From assembly GCA_946611235.1 (NCBI GenBank), contig CAMODE010000040.1:10149-74148 (forward strand): 64,000 nucleotides of DNA, given 5' to 3'. Within the stretch, counting starts at the first letter, position 1. Each line of letters opens with the position of its first letter. The notes under the pieces were generated by a model. It had not been told where the DNA came from, ran no database searches, and saw only the letters and a program-made list of their open reading frames with translations. The DNA is from an uncultured Bacillales bacterium (GTDB taxonomy: Bacteria; Bacillota_I; Bacilli_A; RF39; UBA660). The position numbers and the translations under genes are program-made. This document shows positions 39,724 to 50,138 of the stretch, in pieces.

Positions 39724-41100
39724 GTGAAAATAGCAGTTGCTGGAACAGGATATGTAGGGTTGGTAACAGGGGTAGCACTAGCAGAAATAGGTCACAATGT
39801 TACTTGTGTTGATATAGATGAAAAGAAATTAGAAGTAATGAGAAATGGTATTAGTCCAATATATGAAGAAGGACTAGAAGAATTAATGAAAAAAAATAAA
39901 GAAAGGCTTACTTATACTTCTAATTATAAAGAAGCATACAAAGATGCTGATGTAATCATAATAGGAGTAGGTACACCAGAAAGAAAAGATGGATCTGCGA
40001 ATCTTGATTACGTGTTTGGTGTTTCTAAACAAATAGCAGAATCTCTAGAAAAAGATTGTGTAGTAGTAGTTAAATCTACTGTACCAATAGGAACCAATGA
40101 TGAAGTAGAAAAGTATATTAATGAAAATGTAAAAGATGGAATATTAGTACATGTAGCAAGTAATCCAGAATTTTTAGCTCAAGGAACAGCAGTTAGAGAT
40201 ACACTTCATGCATCTAGAATAGTAATAGGTACTGAAAATAAAGAAGCAGAAGAAATATTAAAGAAAATGTATGAACCTTTAACCAAAGAACCATATAATG
40301 TACCATTATTAGCCACTAACAGAAGAAGTGCAGAAATGATAAAGTATGCATCTAATGACTTTTTAGCACTAAAAATTTCATATATCAATGAAATAGCCAA
40401 TTTATGTGATGCCCTAGGAGCAAATGTTGAAGATGTATCCAAAGGCATGGGACTAGATTCTAGAATAGGAAATAAATTTTTAAATGCCGGAATAGGTTAT
40501 GGTGGAAGCTGTTTCCCTAAAGATACAAAAGCATTACATTTCTTAAGTGTACAAAAAGGTGTAGAACTTAAAACAGTAAAAGCATGCATTGAAGTAAACG
40601 AAAGTCAAAAAACAGTATTATTTAGAAAATTAAAAAATGATATTAAAGATTTAAATGGTAAAACAATAGCAGTATTAGGTCTAACATTTAAACCGGGAAC
40701 CGATGATTTAAGAGAGGCACCATCAATATATAATATTGAATTATTACTAGATGCAGGAGCCAATATTAAAGCATATGATCCAATATCTATAGAAAGTTTC
40801 AAAAAGAAAATATCATATAAATTAGAAGATGATGGAGTAACAGGAACAATAACTTATTTTGATAATATCGATAATGCAATTATGAATGCTGATGCAGTAC
40901 TTATTATGACAGAATGGCCAGAAATAAAAAATTATGATTTATCTAAATATGAAGAATTAATGAATAATGCCTTAATATATGATGGAAGAAATTGTTATAA
41001 ATTATCTGATATAGCAAATTATAACATTTCTTACAAATCTATAGGTAGAGCATATCATAGTAAATCAATTCCAAAAATTAAAAAAAAGTTACATAATTAG
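39724..41100 (+). CDS. ugd: UDP-glucose 6-dehydrogenase
   Basis: GTG start at 39724 after GGAGG RBS gives the classic MKIAVAGTGYVGL NAD-binding N-terminus. UDPG-DH catalytic Cys region (GGSCFPKD). Confidence 0.9.
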   Translation: MKIAVAGTGYVGLVTGVALAEIGHNVTCVDIDEKKLEVMRNGISPIYEEGLEELMKKNKERLTYTSNYKEAYKDADVIIIGVGTPERKDGSANLDYVFGVSKQIAESLEKDCVVVVKSTVPIGTNDEVEKYINENVKDGILVHVASNPEFLAQGTAVRDTLHASRIVIGTENKEAEEILKKMYEPLTKEPYNVPLLATNRRSAEMIKYASNDFLALKISYINEIANLCDALGANVEDVSKGMGLDSRIGNKFLNAGIGYGGSCFPKDTKALHFLSVQKGVELKTVKACIEVNESQKTVLFRKLKNDIKDLNGKTIAVLGLTFKPGTDDLREAPSIYNIELLLDAGANIKAYDPISIESFKKKISYKLEDDGVTGTITYFDNIDNAIMNADAVLIMTEWPEIKNYDLSKYEELMNNALIYDGRNCYKLSDIANYNISYKSIGRAYHSKSIPKIKKKLHN

Positions 41101-41226
41101 AAATATTAGTCACATAAAATGACTAATGTTTTTTTAAAACCATATGTTAATTCTGGCAAACAATCTTTAATTGAATAAAATTAAATAATATGCTTTATAA
41201 AACAACAAAAATATGTTAAAATATTA

Positions 41227-42708
41227 ATGATAAGTGGAAGTGATAAAGTGGAAAAGAAAAATACATTATTTAAAAATACAATTTATAAATCTATACTAAG
41301 TCTTGTAAATATTGTTGTTCCAATAATAATAGGCCCATATATTACAAGATTATTAGATGTTGAATTATATGGTACATATAATACCGTACTAGCTGATTTT
41401 CAAATGTTTTTGGCATTTGCTTCGTTTGGGGTCTATAACTTTGGAGTAAGAGAAATCAGTAAAATCAGAAATGATAAAAACAAAGTTTCGCAATTGTTTA
41501 CTAATTTGTTCATAATATCATTAATTTCAAATATCTTAGTCCTAATAATATATTTAGGATTTGTATTTATTACATCGTCAGGAATAGCAACAACATTATA
41601 TCTTATAATGACTTTGCAAATTCTTGCAAATATTGTATATATTGAGTTCATAAATGAAGCATTAGAAAATTATAAATTTATTACAATAAAATCGGTGATT
41701 GTAAAAATTATTTATTTTATTACATTACTACTTTTTGTAACAAAGCCAACAGATATAGTAACATATGCGGTTATAGTATGCTTAACTATACTATTAAATA
41801 ATGTCATAAGTTTTATATATGCAAAAAGAAAAATTAAATTTGATACGTCACAAATTCATTTCAAAAAATACATTAAACCTTTATTAGCAGTTTTAATTAT
41901 AACAAATGTTGACCTACTATATAGCCAATTAGATAAAGTAATGCTAGGAAAATATGTAAGTGAAGTTTCAGTTACAATGTACTATATTCCATACTATATA
42001 GTTTCAACATTATCTGCAATACCATATTCAATAATAAATGTTTCAATACCTAGATTATCTTATATAATAAAAAATGAAGGAAAAGAAACATATGAAGAAA
42101 AGTTAAATAATTCAGTGTCGTCGTTATTATTTATTATTGTTCCAATATGTTTTGGCGTATTTGCAGTTGCATCAGAAGTTATTTATTTATACGCTGGAGA
42201 TAAATACTCAGCAGCCACCATTCCATTAATGATTGCATGTATTGTGAGAGTATTTATAAGTATGGAATCAGTAATGAATAATTTAGTTCTTTACCCCAAT
42301 GACAAAGAAAATAGAATCTTAAAAGTTTCTTTTACATGTGGAGTATTAAATATTGTTTTGAATTACTTACTTGTATTGTTTAAAATACTTAATCCATCAA
42401 CAGCAATGATAACAACAGGTATATGTGAAATAATAGTATTTTTCTGGCATTACATTTATACCAGAAATAATATGAAGTTAAAAGTAAATATTTTTTCTAA
42501 ACAAAACATTTTGTATCTATTTTTAGGAATATTATTTATACCAATTTCTATAATAATTAGGAAATTAGATTTATCGTTTTTTATTACTCTTGGTCTAATA
42601 ATAATATCATGTAGTTTATTGTATATAATCGTACTATTGATTTTGAAAGATAACAATTTAATGTTTATATTAGAAAAACTCAAATTGAAAACAAGAGGAG
42701 GTAAATAG
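41227..42708 (+). CDS. Second MOP-family polysaccharide flippase (Wzx-like)
   Basis: ~12-14 TM segments. Start may instead be GTG 41251. Confidence 0.7.
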   Translation: MISGSDKVEKKNTLFKNTIYKSILSLVNIVVPIIIGPYITRLLDVELYGTYNTVLADFQMFLAFASFGVYNFGVREISKIRNDKNKVSQLFTNLFIISLISNILVLIIYLGFVFITSSGIATTLYLIMTLQILANIVYIEFINEALENYKFITIKSVIVKIIYFITLLLFVTKPTDIVTYAVIVCLTILLNNVISFIYAKRKIKFDTSQIHFKKYIKPLLAVLIITNVDLLYSQLDKVMLGKYVSEVSVTMYYIPYYIVSTLSAIPYSIINVSIPRLSYIIKNEGKETYEEKLNNSVSSLLFIIVPICFGVFAVASEVIYLYAGDKYSAATIPLMIACIVRVFISMESVMNNLVLYPNDKENRILKVSFTCGVLNIVLNYLLVLFKILNPSTAMITTGICEIIVFFWHYIYTRNNMKLKVNIFSKQNILYLFLGILFIPISIIIRKLDLSFFITLGLIIISCSLLYIIVLLILKDNNLMFILEKLKLKTRGGK

Positions 42709-42709
42709 T

Positions 42710-43762
42710 ATGGAAAAAATAATAGTATCAACAGGATATATGGGAAGTGGAAGTTCTGCTATTACAGATTTGGTATCGGAGTTTAAAGATTGTCAAAATG
42801 ATCATAAAAGCTATGAATATGTATTATTACATTGTCCAAATGGATTATTTGATTTGGAAGATAAATTATTAAGAGGAAATAATGCCATAAGAAGTGATGA
42901 AGCAATACGTAGTTTTGAAATGCAAATGAACAAGTTATACAATAAAAAATATTGGTGGGTAGGGAACTATGAGAAAGTAATAGGACCAAATTTTAAAGAA
43001 ATTACTAATGATTTTATTAAGAAGATACAACAGTTTAATTTTACATCATATTGGTATATGCATGAAGAAATAGATGCAAAAATGTTTATAAAATTGCTTA
43101 TTAGGAAACCAATTAAGATAATTTTTAAAAATAGAAAGTACAAGAAAATTTTAAAGTATAATGATGGTATGAGAATATCATTTGTCAAAGATAATGAATT
43201 TTATAAATATGCCCATGATTTTATATATGATGTAATAGAGGAAGTTTCCCAAAAAAATAAAAATGTTATATTAGATCAATTCTTATTACCATTTAATTTA
43301 TATAGAATAGATAACTATTTTGATGATAAATTAAGAGTAATAGTAGTTGAAAGAGATCCAAGGGATGTCTTTGTGTTAAATAAATATATTTGGCCAGAAA
43401 AAGGTATATCAGTTCCCTTTCCAACAGATGTAAGTGATTTTTGTAATTTTTATAAAAGAATGAGGGAAAGTGAAAAAAAATATGATTCTGATAAAATACT
43501 TAGAATAAAATTTGAAGATTTAATCTATAAGTATGATGAAACAGTTGAAGAAATAACAAAATTTCTAGGATTCAAAACATCAGATCATATTAATAAAAAA
43601 ACAAGATTCAATCCTGATATATCAATTAAAAATACTCAACTTTTTAGAAAAAAAGAATATATCAATGAAAGTAAAATAATTGAAGAAAAATTATCGAAAT
43701 ATATATATAACTTTCCATATGAACTGGATAATGATGTAAAAAAAACAGTAGAATTTGAATAG
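42710..43762 (+). CDS. Sulfotransferase-family-like protein
   Basis: N-terminal P-loop-like STGYMGSGSS and an RVIVVERDPRDVFV block resembling the sulfotransferase 3'-phosphate-binding motif. Confidence 0.45.
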   Translation: MEKIIVSTGYMGSGSSAITDLVSEFKDCQNDHKSYEYVLLHCPNGLFDLEDKLLRGNNAIRSDEAIRSFEMQMNKLYNKKYWWVGNYEKVIGPNFKEITNDFIKKIQQFNFTSYWYMHEEIDAKMFIKLLIRKPIKIIFKNRKYKKILKYNDGMRISFVKDNEFYKYAHDFIYDVIEEVSQKNKNVILDQFLLPFNLYRIDNYFDDKLRVIVVERDPRDVFVLNKYIWPEKGISVPFPTDVSDFCNFYKRMRESEKKYDSDKILRIKFEDLIYKYDETVEEITKFLGFKTSDHINKKTRFNPDISIKNTQLFRKKEYINESKIIEEKLSKYIYNFPYELDNDVKKTVEFE

Positions 43763-43776
43763 GATGTAGATAAAAA

Positions 43777-45702
43777 ATGGAGTTAAAAGAAAACTATAAA
43801 AGAGAATTACAATTATGCATGCTAGATATGATTAAAGATATAGATAAAATATGTCAAGATCATGACATAGAGTATTATTTAGCTTTCGGTTCATGTCTTG
43901 GGGCAGTAAGACATAAAGGATTTATACCATGGGATGATGATTTTGATATTGCAATGACAGATGATAATTATTTTAAATTTTTAAAAGTATGTGAAGAAAA
44001 ATTAGATAAAGAAAAGTATTATGTACAAACATATAATAAAGAGGAAAATTATTATTTATCATTTGCCAAAATAAGAAATATTCAAACAACATTGGTTGAA
44101 GAAAGCAATAAAGATAGAAATATAACTTACGGAGTATACATAGATGTTTTCCCATTAGTAGGAGTTCCAAATAGTAAAATAAAAAGAGAAATATTAAAAA
44201 TAAATAGAGCGTTTATGTTATCATCAAATATAAACGTTATAAACAATAAATTTTTAAAAACAATCTTTAATATTATACTAAAGGTATTTGGAAGAAAAAG
44301 AATACTAAAATTTACAACAAAAAGGTGTTTTAAATATAAATGTGCTGATTGTAACAAAATCATATCAATAGCAGATGGAGATGGCTTTGATAAGAATGAA
44401 CTTGATAAAGATGTATATGGAAAACCTAAGTATGTTCCGTTTGAGAACACTATGTTTCCTATACCAGAAAATTATGATTCCTATTTAAACCACATTTATG
44501 GAAATTATATGAAAATACCATCAAAGGATGAAATAAAGAAAAATGAGCATACACCATATTTTTTGGATTTACATTTACCTTATAAAGCGTATATTCCAAA
44601 GAAAAAAATATTATTTATAATATGGTCTTTTACTTATGGCGGAGGAGCAGAAAAAATTTTATCTAGTATTGTGAATAATCTAGATAGTAGTAAGTATGAA
44701 ATAGATATTATAGAATATTGGCATTCAGATGTTAAAAAAGAAGAAACAAGAGAAGATATTAATATACTTCCGCCGATAATTGATTCAATAAATGATAGTA
44801 AAATAAAGAAACTATTTTATAAAATATTATTAGAATCATTTCCAATTTTACTAAGAAAAAAATATATAAAGAAAAAATATGATATTGAAATAGCATTTAA
44901 TTATTTGATACCAACATTTTTATTAAGTCATAATACTAAAACAATTGCATGGGTACATGGAGATGTTTATGATTTAGAAAAAAATAAAAAGAATTATTTA
45001 CTGCAGAAAAAGAGTTTTAAACATGTTAATAAAATTGTAGCCATTTCAGATAATACATACAAATCAATAGAAAAAGTATTTCCAAACTATTCTGATAAGT
45101 TACTACTAATCAATAATGGCTTTGACATAGAAAATATTCTTCATAAAGCAGATGAAGAAAAGTTAAAAAAGGAAAATAAAAAAATATTACTTTTTATAAA
45201 TCGCCTGGATGAAAATAAGAATCCACTTTATGCATTAGATGTAGCAAAAAAACTTGTTGATAAAGGATATGATTTTAGATTACAGTATTTAGGTAAAGGA
45301 GAACTAAAGGAGTCTTTAATAAATAAAATAAATGAATTGAAATTAAATGACTATGTTGAGATACTTGGATATAAGTCAAATCCATACCCATATATAAAGA
45401 GAAGTACAATAGTCTTAGGTTGCTCTAAAAGTGAAGGATTTCCAACAATATTTATTGAGGCAATTGCACTTGGAAAACCCTTTGTTTCAACAAAAGTTGG
45501 AGGAGTTGAAGAAATATCAGATAATGAAAAATGTGGCCTAGTAGCGGATAATTTAGAAGATTATACAAATAAGGTAATTTCATTGCTCGATAATGAAAAA
45601 AAATATAATGAATTTAGTAAATACGGAATAAATCATTCAAAAAAATTTACCATTGAAACACAAATGAAGGCAATTGAAAATTTAATTAAAGAAATGGAGT
45701 GA
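43777..45702 (+). CDS. LicD-family phosphotransferase fused to a GT4 glycosyltransferase
   Basis: N-terminal LicD motif (PWDDDFDIAM). C-terminal GT4 domain (EGFPTIFIEAIALGKP). Confidence 0.75.
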   Translation: MELKENYKRELQLCMLDMIKDIDKICQDHDIEYYLAFGSCLGAVRHKGFIPWDDDFDIAMTDDNYFKFLKVCEEKLDKEKYYVQTYNKEENYYLSFAKIRNIQTTLVEESNKDRNITYGVYIDVFPLVGVPNSKIKREILKINRAFMLSSNINVINNKFLKTIFNIILKVFGRKRILKFTTKRCFKYKCADCNKIISIADGDGFDKNELDKDVYGKPKYVPFENTMFPIPENYDSYLNHIYGNYMKIPSKDEIKKNEHTPYFLDLHLPYKAYIPKKKILFIIWSFTYGGGAEKILSSIVNNLDSSKYEIDIIEYWHSDVKKEETREDINILPPIIDSINDSKIKKLFYKILLESFPILLRKKYIKKKYDIEIAFNYLIPTFLLSHNTKTIAWVHGDVYDLEKNKKNYLLQKKSFKHVNKIVAISDNTYKSIEKVFPNYSDKLLLINNGFDIENILHKADEEKLKKENKKILLFINRLDENKNPLYALDVAKKLVDKGYDFRLQYLGKGELKESLINKINELKLNDYVEILGYKSNPYPYIKRSTIVLGCSKSEGFPTIFIEAIALGKPFVSTKVGGVEEISDNEKCGLVADNLEDYTNKVISLLDNEKKYNEFSKYGINHSKKFTIETQMKAIENLIKEME

Positions 45703-45706
45703 AAAG

Positions 45707-46672
45707 ATGAGCAAATATAAAGTAAGTGTCATTGTTCCAGTATACAATGTAGATAAGTATATTGACAAATGTCTAAAAAGTCTTGTGATGCAAACATTAC
45801 AAGAAATTGAAATAATAGTGGTAAATGATGGCAGTCCAGATAATAGTCAAAAGATTATTGATAAGTATGCAAAAAAATACCCAGAAAAAATAAAATCTTA
45901 TATAACAGAAAATGGTGGAGTAGGATCTGCAAGAAATTTTGGATTAACGAAAGCAACTGGTGAATATATTGGGTATGTTGATAGTGATGACTTTGTAGAA
46001 ATAAACATGTTTGAAGAATTATATAATAAGGCAAAGAAAGATGATCTTGACATTGTAATATGCGGAAGCTATAATGTCGATGAAAAGACAGAAAAAAAAC
46101 AAGAAGATATTGACAAAAGAGTATTTGAAGATCCATATTTAAATGCATTTTTTGGTAGACCAGCTGTTTGGAACAAATTATATAAAAAATCAGTAATAAA
46201 TAATATTAAATTCAGAACTAGAAAATGGTATGAAGATTTAGATTACACATTAAAAGCTTTATCTAATGCAAATAAAATAGGATATGTGGATAAGCCATTA
46301 TATAATTATTTAATTAGACCTGGATCTATTATGAATAACAATAATTTAGAAAGAAATCTAGAAATATTAGATACATTTGATGAAATTAATAAATACAAAA
46401 ATTTAGAAAACAATAAAGAAATAATTGAATTTCTAGCAGTGAATCACATATTTATAGTAGCGGTCGTACGAGTAATAAATTCAGAAGGTACAGAAGATAA
46501 GAAAAAAAATTGTATTAATAAATTGAAATGCTATGTTAAAGATAATTATCCAAACTTTGAAAAAAATAAATACTTATATTTACTTTCTAAAAATAGCAAG
46601 ATAATATATAAATTGATTAGATTTAAACAATATAAAATAGTTAAACTAATTTTTAAAATAAAAAGGGGGTAA
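45707..46672 (+). CDS. Glycosyltransferase family 2
   Basis: VSVIVPVYNV...VVNDGSPD motif. Confidence 0.85.
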   Translation: MSKYKVSVIVPVYNVDKYIDKCLKSLVMQTLQEIEIIVVNDGSPDNSQKIIDKYAKKYPEKIKSYITENGGVGSARNFGLTKATGEYIGYVDSDDFVEINMFEELYNKAKKDDLDIVICGSYNVDEKTEKKQEDIDKRVFEDPYLNAFFGRPAVWNKLYKKSVINNIKFRTRKWYEDLDYTLKALSNANKIGYVDKPLYNYLIRPGSIMNNNNLERNLEILDTFDEINKYKNLENNKEIIEFLAVNHIFIVAVVRVINSEGTEDKKKNCINKLKCYVKDNYPNFEKNKYLYLLSKNSKIIYKLIRFKQYKIVKLIFKIKRG

Positions 46673-46675
46673 AAA

Positions 46676-49387
46676 ATGAAAGGAAAAATATGCAATAATT
46701 ATGATAAAATAATTTTTTGTTTAATATTTTTATTACCATTTTTAGATATATACAGAGCCCTTATTGGAAATAAGTTTGAATTGTTTGGAGTGTCTTTAGT
46801 TGAAATAATAAATATATTATTTACAACAGTTATATTTACAATCTCAATTATAAAATTAAAGCATGAAAACAAATCAATTCTTTCATTAAAAAATATATTT
46901 ATGATTGTTTTAATTATAATATATATTGGATTACATGGTATATATATTTTATCATTAAAAAATATACAATATTTAAACACAAATATATCTTTTATTATTG
47001 AATGTTATTACGTATTTAGAACTTGCATTTTACCCTTAATTATATTATTTGTCTTTATGAAGTCAGAACTAGAAAGTACAAAGGTAGTAAGTGTTTTATC
47101 AAAATTATGCTTTATTTACTGCTCAATAATCGTCATCACAAATTTATTAGGAATTGCATTAGTTGCTTATTCATCAAGTTATGATGGGATAATTCAAATA
47201 AAGGGGAATATCTTTACATGGTTTACAAGTATGGATACAAATAGCATAGATTTATACACTTCAAGAGGATTATTTTATTCAACAAACCAAATATCAGCAA
47301 TAGTTGGAGCATTACTTTTTGTATCTGTCTTTTATACAATGAAGCAAGATAAAATCAAATATTATGCATCATTCTTTATAAAAGTACTCGCAGCAACTAT
47401 GCTATCCACTAAAACAGCATTTTTTGCAATATTTTTATCTGTTGCTTCGGTATACGTTTATAATATCATATTTTATATTATACATAAAAAAACTGAACTG
47501 ACTTATAAGAGCTTATTATTTATACTAACAATATTAGTAGTAACTTTAGTATTTAACTACTCACCGATAAAATATAAATTGGCAGGATATATAGATAATA
47601 TTAAAAATAATAGTATAATTGAACTAGAGGAAGACCCTGAAACAAAAAAAGAATGTGAAATATATGATCAAAAAGGTATTGCTGAACAAATATCATTAAA
47701 TGACCTCATAAGAAATAATGATATTTCCTCGGACGAAAAAGAATATTTAATTAATTATTTAAGAAAGTGTCCATCTGTGTTTAATGTACATAAAGATTTT
47801 GTTAAATTATATCCAGTAAATGAGAACTATGATTATTGGAAATATATGTTAAACCAACCAATATCAGTTTTAACAGACTATAGAGGATTTAAATATTCTA
47901 TATATAATAATTTTATTCAAAAGCATAATAATAAATTAGATAATTTGTTTGGAATAGGATATTCATCAGATTTTCCATACTTAGAGAAAGATTTTATTGG
48001 CCAATATGTTTGGCTTGGCTTAATAGGAGTAATTCTTCTATTAGGACCATTTATAATAATATTATTAAAAAGCTTAGTTAAATTATTATTATGTTTTAGA
48101 AGCAATTACAATTATGTTAATATATCTTTAGCCCTATCAGCAGGATTTATGATATTTGCCAGTTTTTTTGCAGGACATGTTTTTGGTATATTTATGCCTT
48201 CAACAATCTTAGCATTCATTATTTCTGGGCTTTATTCCGGAGTTAATAGAAAATATGAAATAAAGAATAACAAGATTACTTTTTTATTGTTACATTTAGG
48301 TTATGGTGGAATAGAAACATCAACTATTAACACTGCTAACGCACTATGTGATAAATATGATGTTGAATTAATATCTTTTTATAATTTATCGGACAATCAA
48401 GAAACTAAAATTGATAACCGAATAACAATAAGACATTTATATAATGGTGAACCTAATAGAAATGAATTTATGTGTAAACTAAAAGGGCACAAATATATTG
48501 CAGTGATAAAAGAGGGAATAAAGGCAGTAGATATTTTGATGAAAAAGAAATTATTTGTAATAAAAAGTATAATTGCATGTGATTCAAAATACATTATATC
48601 GACACGATGGGATTTTAGTTTATTATTAAGTAAATTTGGTAGCAAAGAGGCAATAAAAATTGCTCAAGAACATCATTACCACAACAATAATAGAAAATAC
48701 ATAAAAAAATTAAAAAAATATCACAACATAGATTATTTATTTGCTCTTACAAAGACTTTAGAAAAAGATTACAAAAAAATATTAAAAAATAATAAGCACA
48801 CTAAAATAGTATTAGTGCCAAATATGATATATGAAATTCCCAAAAAAGAAAGTACTTTGAAAGAAAAAAATATAGTAACAGTTAGTAGATTGGACATAGG
48901 AAAAAGAAATGATGAAATTATTAAAGCATTTTCTAAATTAAAAGAGGACAATTGGAAACTATATATTATTGGTGATGGAGAAGAATATAATAATTTGATA
49001 AATTTAGTTAAAAAATTAAAATTAGAAGATAGAGTTATCCTTACTGGATATAGAAATAAAAAGGAAATAGAAGAATATCTATTAAAATCAAGTCTATTCT
49101 TAATGGCATCAATTACTGAAGGCCTTCCAATGGTTCTCTTAGAGGCAATGAGTTATGGTATACCTTGTATAGCATATGAAACTGCTAGTGGTACTTCTGA
49201 TATAATAAAAGATAACATTAATGGATACATTATCAAGAATAGGGATGAAAAAGAATATATAGAAAAGATTGAAGAATTAATTAATAATGAAAACTTAAGA
49301 AAAACATTAGGAAATAATGCAAAGAAAACTGCTAGAGATTTTTCAAAAGAGCAAATATTAAAAATTTGGTATAGAATATTAAAGTAA
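46676..49387 (+). CDS. Fusion of a Wzy/O-antigen-ligase-like polytopic membrane domain with a GT4 glycosyltransferase
   Basis: ~10-12 TM N-terminal half. C-terminal EGLPMVLLEAMSYGIP GT4 motif. Confidence 0.7.
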   Translation: MKGKICNNYDKIIFCLIFLLPFLDIYRALIGNKFELFGVSLVEIINILFTTVIFTISIIKLKHENKSILSLKNIFMIVLIIIYIGLHGIYILSLKNIQYLNTNISFIIECYYVFRTCILPLIILFVFMKSELESTKVVSVLSKLCFIYCSIIVITNLLGIALVAYSSSYDGIIQIKGNIFTWFTSMDTNSIDLYTSRGLFYSTNQISAIVGALLFVSVFYTMKQDKIKYYASFFIKVLAATMLSTKTAFFAIFLSVASVYVYNIIFYIIHKKTELTYKSLLFILTILVVTLVFNYSPIKYKLAGYIDNIKNNSIIELEEDPETKKECEIYDQKGIAEQISLNDLIRNNDISSDEKEYLINYLRKCPSVFNVHKDFVKLYPVNENYDYWKYMLNQPISVLTDYRGFKYSIYNNFIQKHNNKLDNLFGIGYSSDFPYLEKDFIGQYVWLGLIGVILLLGPFIIILLKSLVKLLLCFRSNYNYVNISLALSAGFMIFASFFAGHVFGIFMPSTILAFIISGLYSGVNRKYEIKNNKITFLLLHLGYGGIETSTINTANALCDKYDVELISFYNLSDNQETKIDNRITIRHLYNGEPNRNEFMCKLKGHKYIAVIKEGIKAVDILMKKKLFVIKSIIACDSKYIISTRWDFSLLLSKFGSKEAIKIAQEHHYHNNNRKYIKKLKKYHNIDYLFALTKTLEKDYKKILKNNKHTKIVLVPNMIYEIPKKESTLKEKNIVTVSRLDIGKRNDEIIKAFSKLKEDNWKLYIIGDGEEYNNLINLVKKLKLEDRVILTGYRNKKEIEEYLLKSSLFLMASITEGLPMVLLEAMSYGIPCIAYETASGTSDIIKDNINGYIIKNRDEKEYIEKIEELINNENLRKTLGNNAKKTARDFSKEQILKIWYRILK

Positions 49388-49411
49388 TGAATCAATAAAG
49401 AGGAGGATATT

Positions 49412-50122
49412 ATGAAAAGAATATTTGATAGAATATATAAAAAAGATACAAATTCATTTTATAATTTATTGAAAAACAACTTGAAAACTGACAAAAAAAT
49501 GTTTATAGTAACAGCTAATCCTGAAACTATTATGATAAGTGAAAAAGATGAAGAAATGAAAAAAATGCTTTTAGATGATAATGTAACACTTGTTCCAGAT
49601 GGAATAGGTATAGTAAAAGCAGCTAAAATGATTAATTGCGATATTAAAGAGAGAATAACTGGAATTGATATTGCAAATAAGATATTAGACTATGGAGATG
49701 AATTAAATAAAAGCATATATTTATTTGGTTCAAAACAAGAAGTAATAGATTCCATGAAAGAAGTATTAAATAGTAAATATCCTAATCTTGTAATAGCAGG
49801 TTCTTCTAACGGATATGAAAAGAACAAAGATGAAATATTTGATAAAATTGTAGAAGTTAAACCAGATATAATTCTTGTTGCTCTTGGTATTCCTCTTCAA
49901 GAAAAACTAATATATAAGCACCTAGATAAATTTGATAAAGGAATATTTGTAGGAGTAGGAGGCTCATTTGATGTAATTAGTGGCCATAAAAAAAGAGCAC
50001 CAAAGTTTTTCATAAAACTAAATTTAGAATGGCTATATAGAATACTAAAAGAACCTAAAAGAATAAAAAGATTTTATAATAGCAATATTAAGTTTTTAAT
50101 CAAAATAAAAAAAGAAATGTGA
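49412..50122 (+). CDS. WecB/TagA/CpsF-family glycosyltransferase (N-acetylmannosaminyltransferase-like)
   Basis: GT26 family-like sequence (IVTANPETIM...DGIGIV). RBS AAGAGGAGG. Confidence 0.75.
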   Translation: MKRIFDRIYKKDTNSFYNLLKNNLKTDKKMFIVTANPETIMISEKDEEMKKMLLDDNVTLVPDGIGIVKAAKMINCDIKERITGIDIANKILDYGDELNKSIYLFGSKQEVIDSMKEVLNSKYPNLVIAGSSNGYEKNKDEIFDKIVEVKPDIILVALGIPLQEKLIYKHLDKFDKGIFVGVGGSFDVISGHKKRAPKFFIKLNLEWLYRILKEPKRIKRFYNSNIKFLIKIKKEM

Positions 50123-50138
50123 ATGTGAGGAGTTTTAA

